From Nemertoderma westbladi (taxonomy: Eukaryota; Animalia; Xenacoelomorpha), in contig JAUCBJ010002711.1 of assembly GCA_032718475.1 (NCBI GenBank), positions 1 through 64,000 on the forward strand: 64,000 bases of DNA, in the 5' to 3' direction. The translations under genes were made by a program, and so were the position numbers. Positions 1-10,597 of the stretch are shown here, in pieces. Every line of letters starts with the position of its first letter. Positions within the stretch are counted from its first letter, which is position 1. The notes beneath the pieces were generated by a model, which was not told where the DNA came from, ran no database searches, and saw only the letters and a program-made list of their open reading frames with translations.

Positions 1-7
1 CATACCG

Positions 8-3000
8 GTGGGGGGGGGACAGGGTGACATTCCCCCATCACAATATCAACAATATACCCCAACAGGAACAAGAACAACGAGACCCCTAGATGAAAACAGG
101 TCGTGTGATACAGACATATGGAGGGGGCCGCTACCCCCGATGACATATCCGAGTCAGAGAAGATCAAGAAATAGGACGGACGAACCGCACCAGACAGGGG
201 AAACTATACAGCACCCGTCGAATCCATTGGAAGCGCAGGCAATGGGGATGGCCACGTTGATCGATGCGTTGAAGACAAGGATCGAACTACCACCCGTGGA
301 ACCATTCAAATTCGATGGGAGTAGGCCGGAAGAATACTTGCAGTTTCGGCGAATGTATAGTAACGAAATACTAACAAAAAACTTGACGCAGGCGGAGTGC
401 CTAAAGTATCTACAAGTGTACACGGGAGGCCCAGCATACGACATCGTGAGGCAATACCAAGGAATAGAGGGCGGCTTCACGACAGCATGGCGGGCACTGG
501 ATAGGGAATACGGGCACCCGGCCAAGATCATCAGGCAAACGCTGAGAGGCATAACATCGGGTGGCCTACAGGATAATCCCGTTAGCATTAAGACGTTTGC
601 TAACAAAGTCGAGAAGGCGCTGATCGTGCTGAAGACGCTAGACGCGCCATACGAGCTCAACGCGTCCAATAACATCACCACGATAGCGCAGGCACTACCG
701 AGCTGGCTGCGCAACAAATGGAGGAAGATCGCTTTCTCCACCCGAGACAAGAAGGGTGCGGAACCAGGTTTAGAAGAAATGTCAAACTTCTTAAATTACG
801 AGGCTGAACTAATAACGGACCCAGTCTATAGTGAAGATAGCCTGGGAAAGGCACCAAAGACAGATCACTACAGGCCCAAGCCAGAGCACAATACATCAAA
901 CGCATTGCCGAGGCTCAGACAATCATTGCCATACGCAGCGACGCAGGGGACTACAAGTCCACAGACAAACGAAGATAAGACAACATCAAGGGACGGACAG
1001 GGGAACAATAACAACATAAATAAACATAACCCCAGTACGTCCAGTAGGCCAAATCCAGTCAATAAGAACAGTAGGGACTTTGGTACAAATATAACTGCGA
1101 TACGCAACGCATTGTATAAAGAGGGCTACGACCCAAAGAGCAAATGCCAGTTACACGCAAATGCGCTTCATAAAACCATGAACTGCAGGTACTGGCAGGC
1201 GCTACCGAGGCAAGATCAGATAGATTACGCGTCGAGCAATAAAATCTGCTCGCGATGTGTAAAGAGTGGACACAAGGCCAGGGAATGCCAAGAGAAGCCG
1301 GTCAAGTTTGGCCAAAGGAGAGGCCAGACGATGGCAACGAGCACAGTAGGGGCGAAGAAGAGAGGAACAGTGCTACTTGGAGTAGTACCAGTACGAGTGA
1401 TCGGAGAAGGCAATCGATCAGTAACAACACTAATGCTGGTTGATAGTGGAGCTGCCTTCACACTAGTTGAGGAATGGATAGCCGAAGAAATTGGGTTGAG
1501 AACGAGGCCAAGCAGGATGGCGGTGACAACCATCTCTAGCAAGGACGAGGTCCTAGAGATGAGGACAGGACGGTGCGCAATTGCAGCAGTGGCACCAGGA
1601 TGCGATTATGGGGCAACCATTGACCCCATCCAAGTAATAGAGTCAATTAACATCAATGCCAGGCGGCCAACCAACATCGAGGTCGAGCAATACAAATTCC
1701 TGGACAACATTGACTTCTCAATCCCAGACGTGGACGTTAGGAAGGTATCCATCATAGTAGGCATGGACTGCCCAACGGCCCACGAGAGAATGCAAACGGT
1801 CTTCGGAGAAGACAAGCAGAGCGACCCGGTGGCCATATTAACGCCTTTCGGGTGGACGCTGAGTGGTCCAATTAAGAGCAAGATACCATTCAGGATGTCG
1901 GAGACATCAGGATGCATGTTCGCGGGAACAATGCAGGAAATGGGTGATGAGGGAGCAGAGGAGCAGCTTAAAAGACTGCTCAGGCAGGACTTCGAGGGAC
2001 TGAAAGAGACCGGGGTCGGGACCTCGGTAGAAGACAAACAGGCTCTACAGAGCGTGGAGGAATCGATGACGTGTGATGAGGGGCGGTATACAATAGGAAT
2101 GGTATGGAAGCTACCGAAGATACCGCTACCCGATAATAGAGGGATGGTACTCACGAGACTCCGAAAGCTGAAACAAACACTACAACGGAGCCCCGAGAAG
2201 AACGAGTACATTCACAAAACCATTAAGAAGTACGTCGAGAAAGGATGGGCCGTGGAGTTACCGGTCGACGAACCGAACACTGACAGGACATACTACCTGC
2301 CACTCCACGTAGCATTAGACCCAAAGAAAGGTAAACTGAGGATGGTAGTCGATGCATCGGCAAAGACCGACGGAAAGTGCTTAAACGATTACCTACTAGA
2401 GGGCCCAAACATATACAATTCGGGCATAGAAGTGTTACTTAGGTTTCGGAATGGGAAACACGCCTTCACCTGTGACATAGAAGGCATGTTCAACCAAGTC
2501 CGAGTAACAGAGGAAGATAGCGATAGTCAACGCTTCTTATGGTATAACGGCGAGGAAGAACCGCCTATAATACCGGCATATAAGATGGTAGTACAAAACA
2601 TGGGGGCCAAGTCGTCCTCATTTACGACGACTATGGCAGTGAGAGATACGGTAAAAGGGAAGGAAGATAGATATAGCAGTAGGGCCGTCGATATGATCAG
2701 ACGCGGCTTCTACGTAGACGACGGTATGGAGTCTGGAAATACGGTTGAGGAGATACTGGAAACAGGGCGCGAGGTTCGCGACATCCTGAAAGGATCCGGC
2801 TTCAACCTGACCAAATTCCAATCCAGTTCAGAAGAATTTATCAGGGAAATAGAAGACAAGAAACCAGAATCGACCATGGACAACCCTACAACAGCCAAAG
2901 GACAGGACATGGCGATTAAGAGAACGGAATCCCAGCAGAAGGCGTTGGGAATCGTGTGGGATAGGAAAACAGACGAACTGAAGTATCAGCTGAGTCAGGA

Positions 3001-5347
3001 GGGCGCGGACACCCATACGAAGAGGGGTTATGTATCGTATATAGCAAGGATATACGATCCCCTAGGCCTAGCATCCCCACTACTAGTCACGGGGAAACAG
3101 ATACTCAAGAGAGTATATAAATTAAAGGATGAGTGGGATGTAGAGGTACCAGAGGACATCAAGAAACAGTGGAGCAAATGGACAGGAGACTTGGAGAGGA
3201 TGGGAACATACAACATGCCGCGAGTGTATTTTCCGGACGGAAACATGACGAATCTGGACTTACATATGTTCTCCGACGCGTCGTTAGAGGCATACGGAGC
3301 GGCACTCTATTTAGTACAACGAGAGGGGCCTCACAAGCCCAGACTAGCCTTTAGCAAAGCTAAGTCAACGCCGCCAGATTCAGCATCTGTTCCCAAGTTA
3401 GAATTGACAGCTGCGAGACTAGGAGTCAGAGCCACAGCCTACCTAGTGGATACAATTCCCAACATAGTGGAGACACACTACTGGACGGACTCCATGGTAG
3501 TGCTTGGTTGGCTACACAACGAAAAGACGAGATACCCGATATTCGTCGCGAATAGAGTGGACGAAATAAGGGCGAGCACAGAACTGGAAAGGTGGCACTA
3601 CTGCCCAACGGATCAGAACCCAGCGGACTTACTGTCGAGGGGCGTGGAACGCCACACTTTCCTGAAGAAGGAAGTATTGTGGCAACATGGGCCACAATTC
3701 CTGAGCGATAGGGAGGCCTGGCCGCCGATGAGGAAGGTGGACCCGGGCTCGGAAGTAATATCAGAAGGAGAGGGAGATTCAGAGGGAGAAGAGATATACT
3801 CCCAGATGGTGAGGGAGATTAGGGACGTGCAACCAGGAAGGGAACTATGCGACAACCCGACGGATAAACTCCTCAGCTACAGTTCCAGTTGGTATAAGAC
3901 CAAGAAACTAGTGGCGTACTGGAGAGCCTTTGGGAATTTCCCTGCGGGAGTCGGCAAGGACAAGAAGACCAGGATAACCATAGATCTGGAAGGAGCGGCC
4001 AAGGCAGTGATCCGCTATGAACAACGCAAGAACTACGGCGACGAGGTGGAACGTATCGGTAACCAACAACATCTCCGACGGGATAGCGAGTTGATCACGC
4101 TGTCGCCACAACTAAACGAGGATGGGATCCTAGTAATGAATTCTAGGGTGGGATATAACAACAGTATAGTCGTGCCACCGAAACCCATCATCATTCCCAC
4201 AGGATCGCCTATAGTCCACCAGATCATATGGGACTCCCACAAATCGATACTGCATGGGGGCACCAACCGAACCCTCACAGAGATAAGAAGGACCTATTGG
4301 GTCAAACAATTAAGGAAGAAGGTGAAAGCGGTAGTGGGACAGTGCCAGACCTGCCGACGAGCAAAGAAGGAGCGAGCCGTACAGGAGATGGCGCCACTAC
4401 CGGCGAGTAGGGTAAGACAGCACGACCCGCCATTTACGCATTGCGGTGTGGACATGTTCGGGCCGATAAAGATCAAGGTGATGCGACACACGGAGAAACG
4501 CTACGGTATTATCTTCGTATGCAACAATACGCGGGCGGTAGGAATAGAACTCGCCCAAGATGCAACCGCATCAGCGTTCATTAACGCCTTAGAAAGGTTT
4601 AGGGACCGCAAAGGTGGGACGATAGCAGTGATATACAGCGACAACGGCACCAACTTTGTGGGCGCAGAGAGCGAGATGGCAGAGGCCTTAGACATCTTGG
4701 AGGGAGAAGAAGTCAGGGCGGCCATGAGGAGACGACAAGTGAAGTGGGAGAGAAGGACGCCGTATGCACCACATACATTAGGATGCGTCGAGAGACTTGT
4801 GGGCAGTTCAAAACGTCTAATGACGAAGCTGATGAACACCCACATGGTCACTGAAGACGTCTTACGGACAGTACTTGCGAAGTGCGAGGGGATCATTAAT
4901 AGCAGACCGCTATACCCAGAGAATGATGACCCTGAGTCATTAGACGTGTTGACGCCTAGCCATTTCCTGACGGAAAGGCCAGCGACCATAGATATGCGGG
5001 GTGTAGACCCAGATGATATACACTCCCGCCAAAGTTGGAAAGTAGCTAAAGCAATTAGCGCAGAGTATTGGAGGAGGTGGGTAGAAGAATACCTACCCAC
5101 GCTCCATAAGCGAAGCAAGTGGAGGAAGCCAAACAGGGAGTTGAGAGAGGGAGATCTCGTAATCGTCACGGATGATACTATCATCAACAACCAATGGCGG
5201 TTGGCGAGAGTTGTAGGCACCTACTCCGACGAGGACGGAAGAGTCCGATCGGTAGAAGTGCGAATAGGTGGAAAGATAGGTGCGAAGGACAGAAAAACCT
5301 ACAGGAGAGCGGTAGGTAAATGCTGTCTTCTAGAAGGGGCACCTTAA
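8..5347 (+). CDS. Gag-Pol polyprotein of BEL/Pao family A (N-terminus lies upstream of the window)
   Basis: Gag FDG motif, Cys/His knuckles, protease LVDSGA, RT DIEGMF and FYVDDG, Pao-type RNase H FSDAS and WTDS, integrase H..H..CxxC, GVDMFGP and YSDNGTNF, C-terminal GDLV/WRLARV. Confidence 0.96.
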   Translation: MGGGQGDIPPSQYQQYTPTGTRTTRPLDENRSCDTDIWRGPLPPMTYPSQRRSRNRTDEPHQTGETIQHPSNPLEAQAMGMATLIDALKTRIELPPVEPFKFDGSRPEEYLQFRRMYSNEILTKNLTQAECLKYLQVYTGGPAYDIVRQYQGIEGGFTTAWRALDREYGHPAKIIRQTLRGITSGGLQDNPVSIKTFANKVEKALIVLKTLDAPYELNASNNITTIAQALPSWLRNKWRKIAFSTRDKKGAEPGLEEMSNFLNYEAELITDPVYSEDSLGKAPKTDHYRPKPEHNTSNALPRLRQSLPYAATQGTTSPQTNEDKTTSRDGQGNNNNINKHNPSTSSRPNPVNKNSRDFGTNITAIRNALYKEGYDPKSKCQLHANALHKTMNCRYWQALPRQDQIDYASSNKICSRCVKSGHKARECQEKPVKFGQRRGQTMATSTVGAKKRGTVLLGVVPVRVIGEGNRSVTTLMLVDSGAAFTLVEEWIAEEIGLRTRPSRMAVTTISSKDEVLEMRTGRCAIAAVAPGCDYGATIDPIQVIESININARRPTNIEVEQYKFLDNIDFSIPDVDVRKVSIIVGMDCPTAHERMQTVFGEDKQSDPVAILTPFGWTLSGPIKSKIPFRMSETSGCMFAGTMQEMGDEGAEEQLKRLLRQDFEGLKETGVGTSVEDKQALQSVEESMTCDEGRYTIGMVWKLPKIPLPDNRGMVLTRLRKLKQTLQRSPEKNEYIHKTIKKYVEKGWAVELPVDEPNTDRTYYLPLHVALDPKKGKLRMVVDASAKTDGKCLNDYLLEGPNIYNSGIEVLLRFRNGKHAFTCDIEGMFNQVRVTEEDSDSQRFLWYNGEEEPPIIPAYKMVVQNMGAKSSSFTTTMAVRDTVKGKEDRYSSRAVDMIRRGFYVDDGMESGNTVEEILETGREVRDILKGSGFNLTKFQSSSEEFIREIEDKKPESTMDNPTTAKGQDMAIKRTESQQKALGIVWDRKTDELKYQLSQEGADTHTKRGYVSYIARIYDPLGLASPLLVTGKQILKRVYKLKDEWDVEVPEDIKKQWSKWTGDLERMGTYNMPRVYFPDGNMTNLDLHMFSDASLEAYGAALYLVQREGPHKPRLAFSKAKSTPPDSASVPKLELTAARLGVRATAYLVDTIPNIVETHYWTDSMVVLGWLHNEKTRYPIFVANRVDEIRASTELERWHYCPTDQNPADLLSRGVERHTFLKKEVLWQHGPQFLSDREAWPPMRKVDPGSEVISEGEGDSEGEEIYSQMVREIRDVQPGRELCDNPTDKLLSYSSSWYKTKKLVAYWRAFGNFPAGVGKDKKTRITIDLEGAAKAVIRYEQRKNYGDEVERIGNQQHLRRDSELITLSPQLNEDGILVMNSRVGYNNSIVVPPKPIIIPTGSPIVHQIIWDSHKSILHGGTNRTLTEIRRTYWVKQLRKKVKAVVGQCQTCRRAKKERAVQEMAPLPASRVRQHDPPFTHCGVDMFGPIKIKVMRHTEKRYGIIFVCNNTRAVGIELAQDATASAFINALERFRDRKGGTIAVIYSDNGTNFVGAESEMAEALDILEGEEVRAAMRRRQVKWERRTPYAPHTLGCVERLVGSSKRLMTKLMNTHMVTEDVLRTVLAKCEGIINSRPLYPENDDPESLDVLTPSHFLTERPATIDMRGVDPDDIHSRQSWKVAKAISAEYWRRWVEEYLPTLHKRSKWRKPNRELREGDLVIVTDDTIINNQWRLARVVGTYSDEDGRVRSVEVRIGGKIGAKDRKTYRRAVGKCCLLEGAP

Positions 5348-5483
5348 AGCGGAGTTAGAGTGAAGTTTAGTCGTCCAAATTTTGGACTGAGGGGGGTGGG
5401 ATTGAGGGCGAGACGCCCTTCCCACACAAATAAAAATAAAATAAAATAAAAATAATAGTACATAGTAGGCAGAAATTAGCTAA

Positions 5484-6320
5484 GAGGTACGTAGTACCTA
5501 GTTAGTTAGTTAATAGGTACGTAGTACCTAGTTAGAGTTAGTTAGTTAATAGGTACGTAGTACCTAGTTAGAGTTAGAGAGTTAGTAGGTACGTAATACC
5601 TAGTTAGAGTTAGAGAGTTAGTAGGTACGTAGTACCTAGTTAGAGTTAGAGAGTTAGTAGGTACGTAGTACCTAGTTAGAGTTAGAGAGTTAGTAGGTAC
5701 GTAGTACCTAGAGTTAGAGAGTTAGTAGGTACGTAGTACCTAGTTAGAGTTAGAGAGTTAGTAGGTACGTAGTACCTAGAGTTAGGGAGTTAGTAGGTAC
5801 GTAGTACCTAGAGTTAGAGAGTTAGTAGGTACGTAGTACCTAGAGTTAGGGAGTTAGTAGGTACGTAGTACCTAGAGTTAGGGAGTTAGTAGGTACGTAG
5901 TACCTAGAGTTAGTTAGAGTTAGAGTTAGTAGGTACGTAGTACCGATAGAGTTAGAGTTAGTAGGTACGTAGTACCGATAGAGTTAGAGTTAGTAGGTAC
6001 GTAGTGCCAATAGTTAGAGTTAGAGTTAGAGGGTACGTAATGCCTAGTTAGAGTTAGAGTTAGAGGGTAGGTAGTACCGATAGAGTTAGAGTTACTAGGT
6101 ACGTAGTACCAATAGTTAGTTAGAGTTGGAGGGTACGTAGTACCGATAGTTAGAGAGTTAGTAGGTACGTAGTACCTAGTTAGAGTTAGAGTTAGAGGGT
6201 ACGTAATGCCTAGTTAGAGTTAGAGTTAAAGGGTAGGTAGTACCGATAGAGTTAGAGTTAGTAGGTACGTGGTACCTAGTCAGAGTTAGAGTTAGTAGGT
6301 ACGTAGTACCATTAGTTAGA
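5484..6320 (+). repeat. Tandem array of about 25 units of 29-40 bp, each a TAGGTAC-GTA-GTACCTA inverted repeat plus (GTTAGA)n linkers
   Basis: Directly visible. TAGGTAC is the reverse complement of GTACCTA, and units diverge toward the 3' end. Confidence 0.95.
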
Positions 6321-6825
6321 GAGAGAGAGTAAGAGGTAAAAGGGGTAAAAATAGGATATAGATATTAGATAGCAGTAAGTAGAGTTAGTAGCGAGAGGGG
6401 GGCATATGAGTGCAGCTGGATAAATCGTGTGGCCACACGACGCATACTGCTGTACTGCATAGGCCCACTGAGTAGGCCAGAATATGGATCAGAGAGAGAA
6501 TAGAATAAATCCATAGGCAGTAGTAAGTACTAGGACAGTAGAATCAAAGCAAAATAAATAAATAAATAGAATAGGGCTAAAAAATCGAAAATAGTGGTAA
6601 CACAAAGAAAGTCGTTCTAGAACATAATAAAAGTAACGGACGGAAATTGTAAATTAGGCTGATTTACTAGCTCCGAAATTAATTAGGTTAAATTAAGCTT
6701 GAAAGGCGCAGTTAAGTAGAAAAGTAGGCCATTATCGAACTGTAGGAAACATCTCAATACATCACTCATCTGTATTGCGCCTTGGTAAGGCACCACCCTA
6801 CAGGTGAGCGAGTGTAGTGTTCGGA

Positions 6826-7884
6826 ATGGCGAGTAAGCTGATCAGGAAGAGAAAGGCGGAGTCGGGAGGAAAAGAAATATTGGTGGATTTCACCGAAAGA
6901 CACCCGGAGGAGAAGACGAGAGGATACTACGAGAGGTTGGAAAGGGGTCACGCGGCACGAGCGCTGCAGGATCACTTCCGGGAGGCGCACGAACAGCGGT
7001 TGGTCGGGACCTACGGGACGCCGTCGCTGGACAACGCGATCTTCCAACACTTCCACTACGTGGTGAAAGGGGACGAGGCGAAGTTCGGGATTCCGAAGTA
7101 TCCGAGGGAATCGCCGAGGAAGGACTGGAAAAGATTCATAGAGTCCGTCAACAGAGGAGGATATATGATCCTAGATGACGAGGGAACCGTGGAAGACGAA
7201 GCGGGTTCGAGACGAGGAACGGCAGGGTCGGCCAGGACCATACTCTTGCATTTGGCAGCGCCAAATGGGGACATCTTCTTATTCGACCTAGGGACGTATG
7301 GGAAGAAGGACGGGCCGAAATTAGATCGACTACCGAAAGCGGTACAGGTCTTAGTAAGAGAGAAGTCGACGATGAAAGTGGGATCGGCGATCCGCGAGGA
7401 CGCGGAGAGGATCATCGGTCCGGACGCCACCAACCTCCTGGATATGCAGAAAGTCTTTATGGCTATGACGGCACCGGATGGATTGGGGGTGGTCGAGAAC
7501 TCAGGCCAATGCGGGGCGGTGGCGATGGGCCAATTATTGGGGCTCGTATGCCACAAACCAATGGATTGGGGGAAGTTTAGGGAAGAATACGGAGCAGAAC
7601 TAGCGAACTCGCTGAAGTGGGGAGCGAGACCGGGAAAGCAGGAGGTATATCAGTTTCGCAGAGGAGCGATAAAGGTATATCAGAAGCGATATATCCTGCA
7701 GGAGGACTGGATGATGATAAGTTTACTTAACTTATTCATGACCGTAGTTATTGAAAGAGAACCAGGGGCATTTCTGTTATCGGGATCACCCCTAAGCTAC
7801 AGGAGAGCCTTTAAAGTGGCCTTTGACGGTCTGGTAGACCACCCGGGGCTGAGTGGGTGTACTACAACAGCCGACATCTGGTAG
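6826..7884 (+). CDS. ORF3 N-terminal part: DEDDy (RNase D/WRN-like) 3'-5' exonuclease domain
   Basis: ExoI-like MILDDEG, ExoII-like KVGSAIREDA, LLDMQ, and ExoIII-like QKRYILQED in the expected order. First ATG is at 6826. Confidence 0.78.
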   Translation: MASKLIRKRKAESGGKEILVDFTERHPEEKTRGYYERLERGHAARALQDHFREAHEQRLVGTYGTPSLDNAIFQHFHYVVKGDEAKFGIPKYPRESPRKDWKRFIESVNRGGYMILDDEGTVEDEAGSRRGTAGSARTILLHLAAPNGDIFLFDLGTYGKKDGPKLDRLPKAVQVLVREKSTMKVGSAIREDAERIIGPDATNLLDMQKVFMAMTAPDGLGVVENSGQCGAVAMGQLLGLVCHKPMDWGKFREEYGAELANSLKWGARPGKQEVYQFRRGAIKVYQKRYILQEDWMMISLLNLFMTVVIEREPGAFLLSGSPLSYRRAFKVAFDGLVDHPGLSGCTTTADIW

Positions 7885-9353
7885 ACGGGGAGACAGACAC
7901 ACCGTATCAGAGATGGGAGCAGCTAGAGATGGATAGACGGGAAGCAAAGCGACTGGAAGAAGTCGCTAGACGGGAGAGGATAGAAGCAGAGGAGAGGGAG
8001 GAGGAGGCCAGGACACAGAGTTATGGCTTCGAGGAACAGGCGGGCCTAGACGAACTTCATTGGACTTCGTCGGGGAGTTCGGGGGAGTCTCTAGGGCGAG
8101 AATTGGGATGGACGGTGGGATCGCCGAAACAGTCGACGTCGGGGTTGCACGCGATGCCCATACCAGCGGGCGCCGAGGGCGACCAACCGCCAAGGAAGTT
8201 AAGGGAGCTAGAGGGATGGAGAGCTACGGGCGAGAGCCAAGGCGGGAAGGGACATAGTGGATCCATCGGGATACCGGGATTGGAGACACTACCAGAAGAG
8301 GAGGACGACGACGACGAGTTCGGAGAGATGCCGCCCATCGAAAGGATAGGCCACTCGGACACGGACTGGGTTGGCGGGAGGGTGGTGACGGCCAGTGGGG
8401 CGAGGGCCTTCTGGAATAGATCCGGCAAGCGGACCTGGGTGCACGAGGGGCCGGCGATGGATTTCGCGGGGAGCACCATCAGGTTGGGCGAGCAACCGGG
8501 AACGGCACCACGGATAGTATTCGGGGAGACAATGCCCGAGAGGGGCGGAGAGATCGACGTAAACAGGGAGAGCAACGTGGAGAAGTTTGCCTACCAGCGA
8601 CTCCATAGACCGCGGAGATCGCTTGGGACAAAGGACGAGGTGGGACGCGAGACATTGGTACTCGGCTGTGACTACTGTGGGAGACAGACCCATCAGGAAA
8701 GCAGCTGCCTATACCGGTTCCAACGGGGAACCTTTTGTCTCTATTGTAGAGAACCGAGTCACAGGATGGGGGCGTGTCCACGGTTGCATAACCGATGTCC
8801 AAAGTGCCACTTTCGGGGACACTACGGACGCGAGTGCGACTGGATGAGCGACGAGGAGAAGTTCACGAGGTTCGAGGAGTGGGCCGACGTCGGGGCCATG
8901 ACGCGCCAGCGCATGAAGGCCCAAGAGTTCAAGTGGGGTTTCTTCCTCATAAACCAGGAGACCCACATGGAAATCATAAAGCGAAGGTTACTGTTTACCT
9001 ATCAAGAGGTAGCTACGGCGGCATCGTTCGCCGGAGTTATGAACACGCAACGGTACCTGGACAGGTGGACACCAGAGAACCGGAGGGAGTTTAGGGATTT
9101 CTTGGCGGAACACGTGCCAAAGGCAATGAAGATGATTCTATGGGACGCCACACGAGGGAAACAACCAGGCCATTCTGAGGGGCCACCGGCGAAGCGGTAT
9201 CGGGCTTTAATAACACCAGCGCCCAAGGAGCCGACGACCGGGATCAGCAAGGAAGTGGCAGCAAAGGTCCGGAAACAGAAAGCGGATGATGCCAGAGGAG
9301 CAGTGATAACCAAGAAACGGGCCAGGGAAGAGGACGTGAGGAGGAACAGATAA
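7857..9353 (+). CDS. ORF3 C-terminal part: three CCHC-like zinc knuckles; probably a frameshifted continuation of 6826-7884
   Basis: CDYCGRQTHQESSC, CLYCREPSHRMGAC and CPKCHFRGHYGREC. It overlaps the previous ORF in the -1 frame, and the family-E homologue is a single ORF. Confidence 0.72.
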   Translation: MYYNSRHLVDGETDTPYQRWEQLEMDRREAKRLEEVARRERIEAEEREEEARTQSYGFEEQAGLDELHWTSSGSSGESLGRELGWTVGSPKQSTSGLHAMPIPAGAEGDQPPRKLRELEGWRATGESQGGKGHSGSIGIPGLETLPEEEDDDDEFGEMPPIERIGHSDTDWVGGRVVTASGARAFWNRSGKRTWVHEGPAMDFAGSTIRLGEQPGTAPRIVFGETMPERGGEIDVNRESNVEKFAYQRLHRPRRSLGTKDEVGRETLVLGCDYCGRQTHQESSCLYRFQRGTFCLYCREPSHRMGACPRLHNRCPKCHFRGHYGRECDWMSDEEKFTRFEEWADVGAMTRQRMKAQEFKWGFFLINQETHMEIIKRRLLFTYQEVATAASFAGVMNTQRYLDRWTPENRREFRDFLAEHVPKAMKMILWDATRGKQPGHSEGPPAKRYRALITPAPKEPTTGISKEVAAKVRKQKADDARGAVITKKRAREEDVRRNR

Positions 9354-10050
9354 GTTCCCGGAGACGAGGGAATGAAACTGAGACTGGGAAGTGGTGCGCC
9401 TGGAAGGCGCCGCATGTAACGTACGAACTATTAAGTATAAATTTAATTAATGCAAATAACCATATAAGTGCAATTTGTATGTACGTACGTAGTGATTAGC
9501 AGTAAATACATACGTTTGGAGTAAGTACTATAGTCATACAACCCTTCTCAATTAGCTACTGGGACTGGGGGACAATTGACTATGGCACTATGGACGAGAC
9601 GCCAGACAATTTCACACTTCTTGAGTGCGACGGCACGAGAGGGGGGGGAGATTCGTCAGAAGGAAAGAGACAGTCAAAGTGGGGTTGAGAATCGGAATAA
9701 GAGTGCGAAGTGCGGAGAGAGTGCGAACGCAATTCTAGTGTGGGGGGGGGGAGAATAAGAGGCTGAGTGAGGGACGGGGAGGTCCGGGGGTATGAGAGAG
9801 TTAGAGTGAGAGTGGAGGTGGAGTAGGGCGAAAGTGTTGGGGAAACAAAGGTCGTGTGAAGAGGTGAGCGCGATCGGCCCGACATGAGACGCCAGGCACA
9901 GGGTAGCGTTATCATACCCATAGGGGGCGGCCTGGAAAGCCGGCTCCAAGAGAAAAGAATTCCACCCCACACCCGATACTAGATCGGGATCCAGCGGGAT
10001 TGTAGCGCACTTTTTAGGTTGATGCTATCTTCTTACCGGGAAGATAGCAT

Positions 10051-10059
10051 GGGGGGGAG
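10051..10059 (+). other. Polypurine tract of element A
   Basis: GGGGGGGAG immediately precedes the TGT start of the 3' LTR. Confidence 0.85.
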
Positions 10060-10597
10060 TGTTAGCTTATTCAATCCCGCCAACACCCCATAAAGTTGTA
10101 AGCCGATAAGCAATATTGGGAGCCGCGAGATTGGGCAATTAACCAACTCGCGCCATCCCAATAAGAGTGGGAAGGAAGCACACAATAGAGGGTCAGGGGC
10201 CAAACCCCTAACCCAAGGAGAACAGGTGGAGTGAACGGGAATACTCCACGGGGCGCCAACGAGGGTATTAACCAATCAGAGGGGGGAATGGCATCGATTG
10301 AGTAGCAATTAGGCCAACCGTGCAGTATAGCCACTTGGCAGTAATATTACCTATTCAGTTATCACAGTGCAGCAGTGCTAGCGTAGGGTACAGCCAATTA
10401 GTTTAGTTAGGGGATCACGGGACTTTAGTTACCGTATCCCGCCTTGTACACATTCACGATATCTATATCTTATAACTTCCTATTATACACCGAACTTCAG
10501 AACTCAGTCACTTTATTTCATCCTTATACACGGCGGGGACGCGTGGACTAAATTACCACAACCGGATAAATCGGGATCCCTCTTGGATCCCGTCACA
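10060..10597 (+). repeat. 3' LTR of element A (538 bp)
   Basis: TGTTAGCTTAT...GATCCCGTCACA, homologous to the split LTR at 28794-28843 plus 60062-60571. Confidence 0.9.

Larger units (their letters stand above)
1..10597 (+). mobile_element. BEL/Pao LTR retrotransposon, family A (5' part outside window): gag-pol, repeat spacer, exonuclease/zinc-knuckle ORF3, PPT, 3' LTR
   Basis: Gag-PR-RT-RH-IN order in one ORF, G-rich PPT at 10051-10059 and TGT...ACA LTR at 10060-10597. The right flank (GTCTG...) is minus-strand family-B integrase sequence. Confidence 0.93.

Noticed and set aside
5484-6320. CRISPR array
   Set aside because: The palindromic repeats are separated by near-identical low-complexity linkers, not unique spacers. 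The context is a eukaryotic retrotransposon with no cas genes.
9577-10050. Alternative LTR start after the G-rich tract at 9561-9572
   Set aside because: Homology with the D LTR at 28794 fixes the LTR start at 10060.
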